From NCBI RefSeq assembly GCF_040938485.1, contig NW_027271682.1:3906001-3970000 (forward strand): DNA of 64,000 nt, written 5' to 3'. How positions within the stretch are numbered: the first letter of the stretch is position 1; the number at the start of each line of letters is the position of its first letter. The notes under the pieces are model-generated. The model was not told the DNA's origin. It worked only from the letters and a program-made list of their open reading frames with translations, and did not search any database. The DNA is from Diadema antillarum (Eukaryota). The position numbers and the translations under genes were made by a program. Of the stretch, positions 37,725 through 49,887 are shown piece by piece.

Positions 37725-40700
37725 GTTTGCTGTTTTAAAAGTAACACTTGTAGCTCAGTGAAATGAAATGAGGTCAGTACCTCCAGCAATAAGACCCTTA
37801 AAAAAAAAAACTTTCAAAATGTCCAAATGTAAACAAAAACATTGCATCTGCAACAAGACTGTTTAGCTACAGATCGTCAGCTCTGATCATTTCGTTTGTT
37901 TGTTCGCTTGTTTTTGCTAAGTAGCGGCAAGTTTTATAAATTAGTGCTGCTGTAGAGCCCAGATCTAGTAAGCCTACAAAATATTGTGAGATGCTGAAGA
38001 GAAAAAATCCAATGTCACCGAATGTGGAAATCTTCAAAACATACTTCAGATATGGCAGTTTCTTGTTACATATTGCATCAGTCACGAAGATGAACTTGGT
38101 ATTCACACTCGTGCGTTTATATTGATTGTTTGTTTGTTTGTTTTTTAGATATGTCTTTATCTCGAACCTACAGAAAAATGTTCAGCGAGTGACGAACGTG
38201 AACAGCTATAACGGTGAGATTTCATTCGAGTCTTCGGCTACAGGAAACTTAATTCTACCGCAGGGTTGATTCGAAAAATGCACACGAATACAAATGTACA
38301 CGTGCAAAAAAAAAAAAAAAAAGCACATCCACATCCACGCACACAATAGCAGACAGATCACAGCGATTTTCTGTCCCATTCTAATATTTCCATACTCCGA
38401 TTTGTGTCGACCACAGAGTTTCTTTCCGCCGTGTGCGACATCCTGCCCGATCTTCGCGAGCTAGGCATCGACCTCTGGATGGTCAACGACACGGGCATTG
38501 AGGACCTGTCGCCGCCGAACGATGTGGTAACCATGGATATCGTCACGGTATCCGATGATCATTACCCTTCGGTCCGTATTGAAAGTCTCAATGACGTAGC
38601 TTCGTACATCTTCACATCTGGAACAACGGGTAAGAGGGAATCAAGTTTAGAGAAGTTTGTCGTCAGGACTTCCTTCTTTTCCCCATTAAAAAAAAAATCT
38701 GAAACAACGCGCTCATGCGAAAAGACAGAAATGTCACGTAAGCTTAAGTACGTGCAATCATGATGCGTGTATCATGTAAACAAGTCGAAGAGTTTTGTTG
38801 CTATCAATAGGGGTTTGCATGCCGAGCTATTACCCCATGCAATCTGTAGACCCATATACGAGTAGGTCAGCATAATATAATGATTGTGAAACGATCCGCT
38901 TTGACGAAAATTCCTCTCCACTCTCGTAAGCGGCACTATACAGTCTACCCAAGTTTAGGATGACTAATTAGTTACTGTCTCATTCAATTAATTAGAGAAG
39001 AAAGAAACGCTCACAAATTAAGGATAAAAAATGATAGATCATCATAGTGATATAGAGTGATCTAGACGCCATTGAAGCTTTCTAAAAATAACTGTCATTT
39101 TGAAAATTCACTAATAAGATTGTTAACATAGATTATATCGGTTGTGACAAACTCAATCAGTCTTACAGGTAAGTTTAGACTGACATAATAATGCAAGATT
39201 TTAGTGTCTGCATGGTATATTTTTTCAAACCCAATAATAATGGTCATTGGCGCCAAATGCCATCACCACCCAATCGCATATTCATACAACCAAAGAGATT
39301 ATTTTTAAGAGTAGTGTGGGTATAAGTTCTTTGCATAAAATCTGCTAAAATAACAAATTATGTATTTTATCCACCCTCCACCCCCCCCCCCACCCTTTAT
39401 ACCAGGGATGCCCAAACCGGCTGTAATACCCAATTCAAAACTTGTGGCTGCGGGACTCTATTACCATTTGTACAGCCAACTTACAGCAGACGATGTGTAC
39501 TACATTTCACTCCCATTGTATCACTCCGCCGGGCTCCTTCTCGCTGTGTGTGGCAGCTTGATAAAAGGTAACATATTGTCTTGTTTATCCTTTATTGAAA
39601 ACATTACTTACATTTTGTCTTCCACAAATACTTGGCAGCTACATAGCTGTCTTTCTGATAGACGAACCTACGCCAGAGAGCATTTTATGTATAAACATAC
39701 ACAGTAAAGATTAATCATTAAGTGTTTTCCCTTACTCGCACCTATTAAGCTATTCGCATACCTCCCTGCTTCAGCAATGTTCAAGTTGTCGATATTAGTT
39801 TCATTGTTATACGTCAGGACAGGCAAGAACCGACCGCACTCCTCTACAAATACTCTGTATAAAGTTACTTTTACTTAATTTGAAGTGTGTATAAGGTTCA
39901 CTGTAGCTCGGTAAGGAGAATGCTCTTTTTCAACCACGTTCAAGTTAACAGGCCCTCTCCATTAACCCTTTGATTACGAGTATCAGATGTGTCATGTAGG
40001 GCCTACATTAAATGTTTTTACAAAAAACAAAAGCGTGCTGTAAAGTTTTTTTTTTCATCCTGGTCATCGGAAGGAAGAGTAATCGCTCTGCTTCCTGCTA
40101 CTGGAGGAAAGACAATCAAACGGGTCATCAACTCGGAAAGTGACCTGATCGTAACTTTTCCCTGTAATGTGCTGACGCCTATTCAACCCATACATAATGA
40201 GAATCCAACTTTGGTCAAATCTACAAACTACAGCAATATTAGTGTATATGGTTATAATGATGCATTCTCTTTATATATACTGAAGTGGCTTTCATTATTA
40301 AGTCCTATCTTCTGTCGGTAAGTTTTACTTGACACAGGTGATTTGATTTGATTTTCTTTTCATTCATTATTGCATTGATTCATGATAAAAGTTGTTTGAC
40401 ATTTTCATGACTCTAAAATACCCCTGTGTATCATGTGCCAAATCAGTAAAAAAAAAACCAAACAAACAATCAGAGAAGACTACAATGTAGGGCCTACTTC
40501 ATGCTTTGCCTGGATGCACATTACTTGTGTGGGAATAAAAAAAAGAACATGATGATATTCATTACTCATTTATCAATTGGAGATGCCCAAAATGCATTTT
40601 TCAGTACTTACCTTTTCCTTCGTCCTAATTTACTGTATCCAAGAAGAAATGTACTAATAAAGTATTTACTGAACGAAATGTGGATATTACTGAAAGCAAT

Positions 40701-43700
40701 TCTGCCAAATCTATTAAGTATGACTAATTTGACAATAAGGATTTCAAATGCATTCATCTGAATGTTCGTAGTTTATATCGAAACATTGAAGAAATCAAAC
40801 TATTATATTATGACAATGATATTCATATTTTAGCCTTAAATGAGACTGTATTGGATAAAACCATTAGTTACAACGAGTTAAAGATTGAAGATTAGGACTT
40901 GATTCGTAAAGATCGAAACCGCAATGGGGGTGGTGTTGCCATTTACATTTTTCGGAGCTCGGTCAGTTATGAATTGATAAACTCTGAAGTGTTTGATTCT
41001 CCTGAACTGATTTTAATTAGAGTACGATCGAGATCTTCTATACCATTTCTCTTCATGTCATGGTACGCAATTATATTCCCAATGTTTGACTGTGGAGACA
41101 TATTATACGGAACAGCAGCTGCTATAAGTATATAACCCCTTAGGTACAAAAATTACAAAATCGAGCTATTCGCACTATACTTGGCGTGAGCCCCTATGAA
41201 CATGTTTCAATTACAGAGCTTCATACCCGTATAAGGTATAACTCTTTGGAATCTAGACCTTATTGTCATCTAAACACCATGGTATATAAAGCAATTAATG
41301 AATTGCCCCCTCCTTATTTACAAAATTTGTTCAAATACAACCAACATTACTATTTGCTAAGGTCCCACGGAAAATTATTTTTACCAAAACCCGATACGGA
41401 TTATTACAAAAGAACTCTTCTTATAGAGGTGCTTGACAATTCAACTGTCTTCCTTTTGAATTAAAGTTGTCTGACAGTTTATCAATTGTTCAGAAATGGA
41501 TTGAAAAGTTTTTGTCCTCACTTTTTATAATTGTTCATTTTAGATACAATGTATTTCGTACTGAATTTTTACGAGTCATTCTATACATGTATTTTATTGA
41601 ATTAGTTGATTATTCATATGAACATTTTTCGTCGCATTAATACTCTCGTTACCCCACGGAAGAACAACGGAGTCCTCGCCGACACAGCTGAATGGGCAAT
41701 TTCCCTCCGTATCCATGTATACCTCGGGGTGTTTCATGAAGCTGTTCGTAAAGTTACGAACGACTTACGAGCGACTGGTGATCAGATCTTGTGCTGAATT
41801 ATGGGAACTCTGATAGGTATAGTACATCAGAACTGATCACCAGTCGTTCGTAAGTTGTTCGTAACTTTACGAACAGCTTTATGAAACAGGGCCCTGATCT
41901 CTTTAATGTTACTGTCTCTGTATGTGCTATAACATTTATCTTAAGATCTTAAGATCAGGGCTCTGATAGGTATAGTACATCAGAACTGATCACCAGTCGT
42001 TCGTAAGTTGTTCGTAACTTTACGAACAGCTTTATGAAACAGGGCCCTGATCTCTTTAATGTACTGTCTCTGTATGTGCTATAACATTTATCTTAAGATC
42101 TTAAGATCAGGGCTCTGATAGGTATAGTACATCAGAACTGATCACCAGTCGTTCGTAAGTTGTTCGTAACTTTACGAACAGCTTTATGAAACAGGGCCCT
42201 GATCTCTTTAATGTACTGTCTCTGTATGTGCTATAACATTTATCTTAAAATGTGTTTGTTTGTTAGTTAGTTCTCACTCTGCTCTTTGTGTTCCTCTGTG
42301 GATTCTTTAAATGCATGAATACGTAAGTAAATAAATACAAATGTATTGGAAATATCATACTTTTGGATACGAAGAGATAATCAAGACCATCAGCTGTCTT
42401 GAGGAGCGTATTACACGTTCTCCAAACAAAGGTTTTCATACAATATTTTGATTACAACTCCTCCCTCCTTTATTAAATGTGACCCTGCATCACAAAACGA
42501 ACACAAAGTCGCCAGACATGAAATTTTAGTTAAGAGCGTATTCTGAAAGAGCAGACTTTAAGCTTTAAAATGATGTATAAGTGAAATGGACTCTCCTAAC
42601 CTATCTAAATATTGGAAAGAAAGCACACAGTCGGGAAAAGTGCGAACTGAGAAAAGAGGCTCTGAATGCAGTGTCTATATTCAAGAGCTAAATCTTTACC
42701 AAGCCGTGCTGGCTGTGCGATGAATGGGACAAAAAAAAAAAAAACAGGAAGTAAACCACCAGAGTAACAACAATGAAGGAATTATCAGATTTAACTGAAA
42801 TCAAGCATGCCTTATTAACACATTCTGTCCATAGGTAATGCCAACTTTTAAGGCAGTAGCATTATCTTTTCGAAGGTTATTAGAGTTGAAAGTGAAGAGT
42901 GTGCACAAGGTTTTTAAGAAATTAAAGGGGGACTCAAAAAGACACACCTAATCACACTATTCTACCAAAAAACTGTTCGAGATAAGCTGCTAAAAACGCA
43001 CTTTCCTGCCCGTTTTATGATCCCAAATTTTAGCATAATGTAGGAGAAGACTTGCTCTTTCAGAAAATATGAAAAAGTAAAGATCGGCAAGGTTGACCCA
43101 TTTCACCTATTTTCAGTTCTTACACAAAATCAGTGTGTGCGAATTTTTGTTCGTTTTGTGATGCACGGTCACAAATGTACTATTCAGGCTCCACAATAGC
43201 TGTATCCCGGACGTTTTCTGCGAGTCGATTCTGGGACGACGTACGGAAGTACAGGGCTACTGTCTTCCTGTACATTGGAGAAATATGCCGCTACCTGCTG
43301 GCCCAACCAGCGGTACGTTGCAACTATAATTATTATGAAGCAATAGTTTTCTGCCTTGTATACTTTACTTATGACAAGCCCTGCTTATACGTTTATAATT
43401 TTACAGCGATTTTCGAAATGGATTTGGTGAGAAGAAGATGGTAAGAAGTCGGATAGAATAAAAAAAGAACGATTGAGCAGGGGAGAATATTGAGAAGTAG
43501 AAAAAATAAAGAAAGGAAAATGAAACTTACAGAAATTGCGAGGAAAGGTAGATAAGAGTATTCGGTAGAAGAATTAAATTGAATTAAGTGTGACGAAGGA
43601 GAGGAGGTAGAAGAAAATAGAAGATGTAAACACAAGAATGATTTATAATCACATTCTGCGTAATCGGCAATCGAGAACTACTTTATCAGCATGCTTTTGA

Positions 43701-46700
43701 AAAGAGTGCGTTAATGTTTTTCTACCCCGCAGAAAGACAATGACGGCAAGTATGAGAGACCGTTACGGGCAGCCGTCGGGAATGGTCTCCGCGTTGAGAT
43801 CTGGAAAGAGTTTCAGACGAGATTTAAAATCGGCCAAATTTTCGAGGTGTACGGAGCTACGGAATCCGTATTCTCGTTCGTCAACTTCGACGGACGTGTT
43901 GGCACCGTCGGAAAATATTCATGGATAATGAGGGTAATCCCTTTACGGTATTAATCGGACAGATAATCATATAAATTTCGGTAATGATTGTGTCGTATAT
44001 ATCCCATTTGGAAACGTAACCAAATTTTGCATATTAAATAATAATGCCTCCCAAAACTCATGGTGATACGCATAAGAATTAACAAAAATGAAAAAAAAAA
44101 AAAAACAACCAACAGCCACTATCCGCATGTTGTATCTAGAACAATGGCTGGAATTTGTTCGGGTCCGAAAAATTAACCGGAAATCTATAGTGTCTACTCC
44201 CCCTCCATCATAAAGAAGTTTTCCGTCTTATAATTCCAGGAAAGGACTCAATTGATTACCTCTACTATATACCAACTGGTGAAAATGATTGAAATAATTT
44301 CGTGGTTTGCATAAACTGATAATGGACACACGAACTTTAAGATCAAGACGATATGTTTTCAGGAAGTCGGCTGTCACCACTTTATATCTTTTCACCATTT
44401 TCTCATCTTACTTGAAAAGTTCCTTTTTATCACTGTTTAGTTAAAAGGAGATTTCGAGAATTAACTCTTGGGTGTATGTCATGCCAGGTTTGATGATCAC
44501 TATTCAAAAAAAAAACCGCTTAAGACAGAATTTATTTCAAAAGCATCTTTCTTTTTCTCAAACATTATCTTGCTCTACCACTTATCAAAATTTAATTCGT
44601 CATGACTTTTAAGAATGTCTAAACCTGTTTGCTACCAGAATTAACTTCTCTCAATGAAAAATTTTTTTTTCTGTTCTTAACTCCTATATCATGATAATTG
44701 TATAGGACCTACATTAGATGACGTTGACATTGACATCAATTTAACACACTTGATTTTGTTTAACTAGAAATGTGTCGACAACATTGAAATCGTAGAGTAT
44801 GACTTTGCCAGCGGGGAACCAAAGCGAGACAAACATGGAATGTGTATTCGTGTACCCACAGGTATGTCATAAGCAATGTAGCCTTTTGACAGGCTTTGAG
44901 ACCTAGAGTTTGTTTAAAAACCAATTCAAAGGATTGACTGGCTTAAAGACTAACAGACAATCTTTCTTAATCCGTCGAAAAAACCCTAATTCAATCAGCC
45001 TTTTCTTTATTCAGTGCTTGGTCTAGAATTGATTTTTTTCTCAAATACTACAGGACACTAGATAATGCTGGAAAAGAGACAATCTGTGTCTTTTGCATTA
45101 AGAACCATAAATTTTGAAAACATATTATGTTACTGATTCAAAGGAATATGTGACAAGAAGTACAGACTTAAATTAAACTGGATCTGCTTTCATTTCATTT
45201 CGTTTTGATTCACGTGCACGACGTCAGCGGAATGAGGTATAAAGTTGGCTATTGCGAAATATACACTGTAGGCTGTTATCATTATTGTAGACCGTAAGTG
45301 AGGTACAGGGTTTATGAGTGATATACATGTATTTTCATAGATATAGGTATATTTTCATTGGCTGAAAATATACCGTAATCGACTGCGCATTTGATCTTTG
45401 ATATTCGCTGTTTGTATGAGGGGATGATATCTGATAACGTGGGTAAAATTCACGTGCCCTTCAAAAGACAGCAAAGTAATTTCCCAGCATACAGAATCAC
45501 TGTGTCCCTTTGCCCTCCTCAGAGCGATCCTTCCATTTTTCTCTATCTTGTAGGAATTCCATACCAGTCAAGAAGACACCAACATCTGAACATATTGATG
45601 TGTTTTTCAGTTAAATTTAAAAGAAAATGCGCAGTCGTTTGAACTGTTGTGAAGAGATTTTTATTCTAAACTCCTTCCAGTCTTAGTCAGACTGGAACTA
45701 TTTCCTGTCACGTTGATTTTCAGATACCGAGAGGGGCCTTGTTTCAAACAGACGCTGACGGAAAACAGATATAAAAGTTTTTTTTTTTTGTGAACTTATT
45801 CACGTTTAGATCCGATCTCTTTGGATTCGAGCAGAATTTTGAAGAGAAATGATAATGGTGATGGTGATGGCTTCTTGTATAGCGCCAATATCCGCTTTTG
45901 AAGGGAACTCGTGGTGCTTGATCTGGAATGTCTCCAACTCCAACTGTACAGTCAATAATACAATGTTGGGATATTTGATTTCTGAGTATCACGAGTCAAC
46001 GATTAAGTATTATTGTTGGCAAATGCCATGTTCCAGTATGGGGAAGGAAACACAATGTAAACGTTCCCATCATTCATTGGAATGGAAAATTGTTGATGTT
46101 GTGTTTACAAAAATGAAATAAAATTGAACCGTATTAAAAATCAATAAATGGGACCCTATCAAAAATCAATGAATAAAAAATTCTCAATACAATTTAAAGA
46201 TTTTCATGAATTGATCACAATACATGATCCTGTGTTAACTCGATTATTGCACACGATGAATGACAATGAAGGGGAACCAGGACTTCTGTTGATGAAGATC
46301 CTCAATAAGACACGTTTCGCCGGCTACAAGGGCAAGCGTGAGGTAACGGAGAGGAAGATCGCAAGGAACGTGAAAGTCCGGGGAGACGAGTACTACAACT
46401 CTGGTGATGTCCTTAGAATCGACAGTGAAGGTTACGTCTTTTTCATCGACAGAGTCGGAGACACTTTCAGGTGAGAACAATGGGATGGACGGGACCCTTC
46501 CTGTAGCCACGGGTGGCAGTACTCATTTACTGGGTAAGGGCGACGGACCTTGCTTTTTTGGGCGTGAATGAGTGAGTCTCACAAATTGCAAGTTAGTTTG
46601 TATTTATGCTACTTGAAGAATATTCAGGCAGGTAAAACATTAAGTTTTTCACTTTTGTAGCTGAAAAGGAGTTGATATTCGTCTTTTTTTTTTTGCACGC

Positions 46701-48608
46701 GATTGACGGCAAACTCTAAGGTGATTACATCCTCAGTTCACTATTTGCATATTCACATTAACTTTTCTGTTTTGCAGAAATTGGCAAGAAGTTTCAAAGT
46801 CAAATAAATTCCCTATTTTTCTTCAGAGTTTGATCAATATTTCCAGCTTGAGCTTACAAAATCTTATTCTCTCTTTTCTGACAACTGGTCCGGAATTCCC
46901 ATTCGAGTGCGTCATATATCTGAACCATTCCTCGTTTCTGTCCACTTTGGTAAAACAGATTCATGCTGTAATTTTGCTTATCACATTGTTATGAGCCTTT
47001 TATTCTGATGTGTGTGTTTCTGTTTTTATGTCATATCCTAGATGGAAGGGAGAAAATGTGTCCACCTTCGAGGTATCTCACGTCCTCAGTTGTTTTAATG
47101 ACATCGAGGAAGCCAACGTGTATGGCGTACATGTGCCAGGTATGTAGATGGAAATAGGCATACAATCAACACTCAAATCAACATCACGTTGCATCCACAA
47201 ACTTACGATTAACATTTTATGGAAAAGACATTTTCTTTTATTAGGGAAGGAGGCGTGATGGCAATCTTTGAACGAGCGTTGGGAATTAAAGCTACGGTCA
47301 CAAAGGTTCGTACGAACGATGCGTTCGTACGAATGTCACTGTTCGTACGAATTCTGGAGTTCGTAGAGATTCGTAGATGGGGCATAGATTCTTACGGCCT
47401 CCTTGCTAATTTCGTATGAACGCTGTTTAATACGCAAGAACAACTTAAGACCTTTTAGAGAAACGAAATGGTTTTCAGTTATACAATAGTCCTAGAATTC
47501 GTACGTTTTTCGTAAGAATGCCTTGAGGTATTCTCTCGTCAGACTTACGGCCATCTTACGATTTCTTTTTGTCGTAAGATGGTCGTACGTGCAACTGACG
47601 GCACTCTCAAGTCATTCGTAAGAAGATTTAACGCTTTTAAAAAAATATTTTGTCGGGTTGCTAAAAAGACGCTGCCGTGTCCTGTCGAAGATTCTGTAAC
47701 AGCAGAAAGCTTTATACTTCAAGACGGAAGTGGTGCCAAGGTGATTACAACTGCAGCTGCATCTGCAAGTAGAGGAGGAGGAGGTTGTTGCTCCAACTCT
47801 CCCTCTCTCGCTCCTTCCTCCTCATCACCCTCTTTTCTTTTCTTCCCCTTCCCCCTTTGATTGCCTTCCCTTTTGGTCCCATATCTAACGGAGATGCTTT
47901 CTGCGTGGTCGAACACCTAGAACAGAGTGAGGATTAGAACTTCGCGCGTTTGGCTTTATACCCCCTAAAATTCAACAGTTGCACAAATTGTGTACCTACG
48001 CCTTAAGAGTCCCTTACGAACGTATAGGACATTCTAACGAAAGACGTAAGAGCCCTCTATGAACGACTCAAGGCGTTCTTACAATCATCGTAAGAATTGA
48101 AGGCTTCTGGAATTGTCTCTCGACCCTACAAAATCTTGCGTAGTTCTTACGATGTTTGCACGACGTTCGTACGGCCACCTTACGAAGAGAGGGTTTCGTA
48201 CGAAGTTAAAATAAATATTGGACTAGACCATCGACCAGGCTATGAACTTACGAACGGTCTAAGAACGGTGTACGAACCGAGCCAGCAAACTCTGAAGAAA
48301 TGAACATTATATGATACAATACAATACAATACACTACATAACAATACAATACAATACAATACAATACAATACAATACAATACAATATGTTTAGAACGTTC
48401 TTCCGATGAATCTCAGAGCGCTTACAAAAATGATAATTACAAAAATTGAAGACAAAAAAAAATTATTTAGCAAAATACAGAATGGTTAATAAAGATAAAA
48501 CATTTCAGTCAATCTTAAATCTATCATTTGGACGCCATGCAATAAGTTAACAAAGGCATATACGTATCTTGTACACAAATCATATACGCACATACAAATT
48601 TTGTATCC

Positions 48609-48649
<41 letters not shown>

Positions 48650-49357
48650 GCCTAGACCTGTGCAGAGCTGAAAATTGGTTTTAGAAAACTCGTAGATAAT
48701 GTTCTCAGAGTTTTTTTTTTTTTTTTTGAAGGAATTTGTGGATACAGACTGCCTGGTAATCAAGGAGAGATTATTCCACAGCAGTAACCGTGAAGGTCCT
48801 GTCACCAGCTAGATTTCAAGTAATTGGGTACATGATGTAACTGAGTTGAAAGCTGTGACTTGAGCAAAGAGATTTTTAAATCCCTTTGGATTTTAGCATC
48901 CATTTGTTTTTTTGAAGACTTATTATTTTCCGACTTTCATATTTGTGACTATCTGACATTTTTTTTTTTTTTTGCAAATATTGTGGGGCAAAGTATGTCT
49001 ATGGTATGTCATCAGTACCCATCTGACGTGCATTCAATATCTGCTTGTACAACAGGACACGAAGGGAGGGCGGGTATGGCGGCGATTGTCGTTCGAGAGG
49101 GCGCCACCATTGACTACGGGGATCTCTATCGTCACGTGACTTCCTCGTTGCCCACCTACGCGCAGCCCAAGTTCCTGCGCATGGTGGCGGAGACGGATCT
49201 GACGTCCACATTCAAACACAAGAAGTCGGATCTGGTCAAGCGGGGATTCAACCCCGACTTCGAAGAGGTATTCATCGTCGAACCTTCCCAGGGGACGTAC
49301 GTGCCCATCACACAGCGACACATTCAGGCACTGACAAGTGGCCAGTCAAAACTGTGA
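37229..49357 (+). CDS. SLC27A2: FATP / very-long-chain acyl-CoA synthetase, paralogue 3, 629 aa, 9 exons; recent sister of paralogue 2
   Basis: join(37229-37724,38417-38629,39406-39567,43188-43312,43733-43933,44768-44861,46272-46470,47042-47139,49056-49357) = 1890 nt. Exon lengths are identical to paralogue 2 and parts of the introns still align with it. Ends SKL. Confidence 0.93.
38417..38629 (+). CDS. FATP paralogue 3 exon 2
   Basis: acceptor ccacag|; [10 protein letters not shown]...YIFTSGTT; donor G|GTAAG. Confidence 0.92.
39406..39567 (+). CDS. FATP paralogue 3 exon 3
   Basis: [12 protein letters not shown]...PLYHSAG...LIK; donor G|GTAAC. Confidence 0.92.
40740..41520 (+). mobile_element. 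Internally deleted CR1/L2-clade LINE relic (AP-endonuclease start joined to post-RT C-terminus)
   Basis: [12 protein letters not shown]...[10 protein letters not shown]...[18 protein letters not shown] (EEP endonuclease motifs, TAG at 40893), then ...MSWY|[11 protein letters not shown]... and, after frameshifts, NRAIRTIL...[14 protein letters not shown]...YLLRS..KLFLPKP.TDYYKR, typical of the CR1/L2 ORF2 tail. Confidence 0.85.
41728..42249. repeat. Hairpin MITE whose right arm plus flank is tandemly triplicated (152-153 bp units)
   Basis: Units start at 41808, 41961 and 42113 and are near-identical. 41731-41795 is the reverse complement of the first part of each unit. Confidence 0.9.
42479..43172. 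mobile_element. 694-bp MITE with 4-bp AAAT TSD (Sola1-like)
   Basis: TIR gtgaccctgcatcacaaaacgaac / gttcgttttgtgatgcacggtcac; aaat at 42475-42478 and 43173-43176; the empty site is visible in paralogue 2 intron 3. Confidence 0.85.
43188..43312 (+). CDS. FATP paralogue 3 exon 4
   Basis: acceptor attcag|; [16 protein letters not shown]...[16 protein letters not shown]; donor |GTACG. Confidence 0.92.
43733..43933 (+). CDS. FATP paralogue 3 exon 5
   Basis: [20 protein letters not shown]...VYGATESVF...WIMR; donor |GTAAT. Confidence 0.92.
44768..44861 (+). CDS. FATP paralogue 3 exon 6
   Basis: acceptor aactag|; [31 protein letters not shown]; donor G|GTATG. Confidence 0.9.
46272..46470 (+). CDS. 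FATP paralogue 3 exon 7
   Basis: acceptor atgaag| (AAG); GEPGLLL...YYNSGDVL...DRVGDTF; donor AG|GTGAG. Confidence 0.9.
47042..47139 (+). CDS. FATP paralogue 3 exon 8
   Basis: acceptor atcctag|; [15 protein letters not shown]...VHVP; donor G|GTATG. Confidence 0.92.
47291..48280. mobile_element. TACG/CGTA-rich transposon derivative (possibly PIF/Harbinger), one terminus recognisable
   Basis: Begins taa-agctacggtcaca where intron-8 homology to paralogue 2 stops; dense cgtacga/tcgtaag motifs at both ends around a purine/pyrimidine-rich core. Confidence 0.45.
48314..48386. repeat. (AATAC)n microsatellite
   Basis: aatacaatac... Confidence 0.95.
48609..48646. repeat. (CA)n microsatellite
   Basis: cacaca... 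Confidence 0.95.
49056..49357 (+). CDS. FATP paralogue 3 exon 9 (terminal)
   Basis: acceptor caacag|; [11 protein letters not shown]...TSTFKHKK...SGQSKL*. Confidence 0.93.
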
Positions 49358-49436
49358 AGCGCGCCAGCTACACGTGTATAGCGAGGACACTGAAAAGTTG
49401 CCGATTTAATGATAATACTGAAATGTACTTGAAATA

Positions 49437-49887
49437 AGCCAGTTCGGAGTTAGCTCATGGGCACATTGGTCCGAATGACCTTTCTTTTTTCTCAGTCGGT
49501 TAAGGGGCTCTTCACTCGTTTTCAGAGCGACATAATGCATAAGCTTTACGCAACGATTTATGGTATTCATCAATAATGTTTAAACAAAGAATGAACTCGC
49601 ATAGACCAGATGGCCAGAATAATCCGTCAATTAACACTTGGGAAAGCATCCATTTCATTATCTTACATTGAATGTAAAAACAACTTCTTTCTATCGATAT
49701 TGTCAAATACCACTTTTGCTGTCAGGTGGATGTGCTGGCAAGTAGCATTTATGAGGGTTACATGAATAATCATTATACATAATAATACATCACAGACGCT
49801 TATCCCAGTGACTTTAAAAACCAACGTGCCTGTTGGTCCGAATGACCTTTGTTCTGCTCATGCGCAGAGTGGAACTCCGAACTGGCT
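49437..49887. mobile_element. MITE with TA TSD 80 nt downstream of the paralogue 3 stop codon
   Basis: ta-agccagttcggagtt ... aactccgaactggct-ta; internal direct repeat ttggtccgaatgacc; absent from the paralogue 2 3' flank. Confidence 0.8.

Noticed and set aside
40893-40895. Read-through or recoded TAG in the endonuclease frame
   Set aside because: Surrounding frameshifts and the missing RT domain show ordinary decay of a dead LINE.
41808-42249. CRISPR-like array
   Set aside because: The units are contiguous 152-153 bp repeats with no unique spacers, in eukaryotic intron context.
23787-49357. Paralogues 2 and 3 as uncollapsed haplotypes of one gene
   Set aside because: Exon 7 differs at about 20% of sites in a 125-nt block, several exons carry many amino-acid changes, and upstream regions do not align. 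This is too divergent for alleles, though long reads should confirm.
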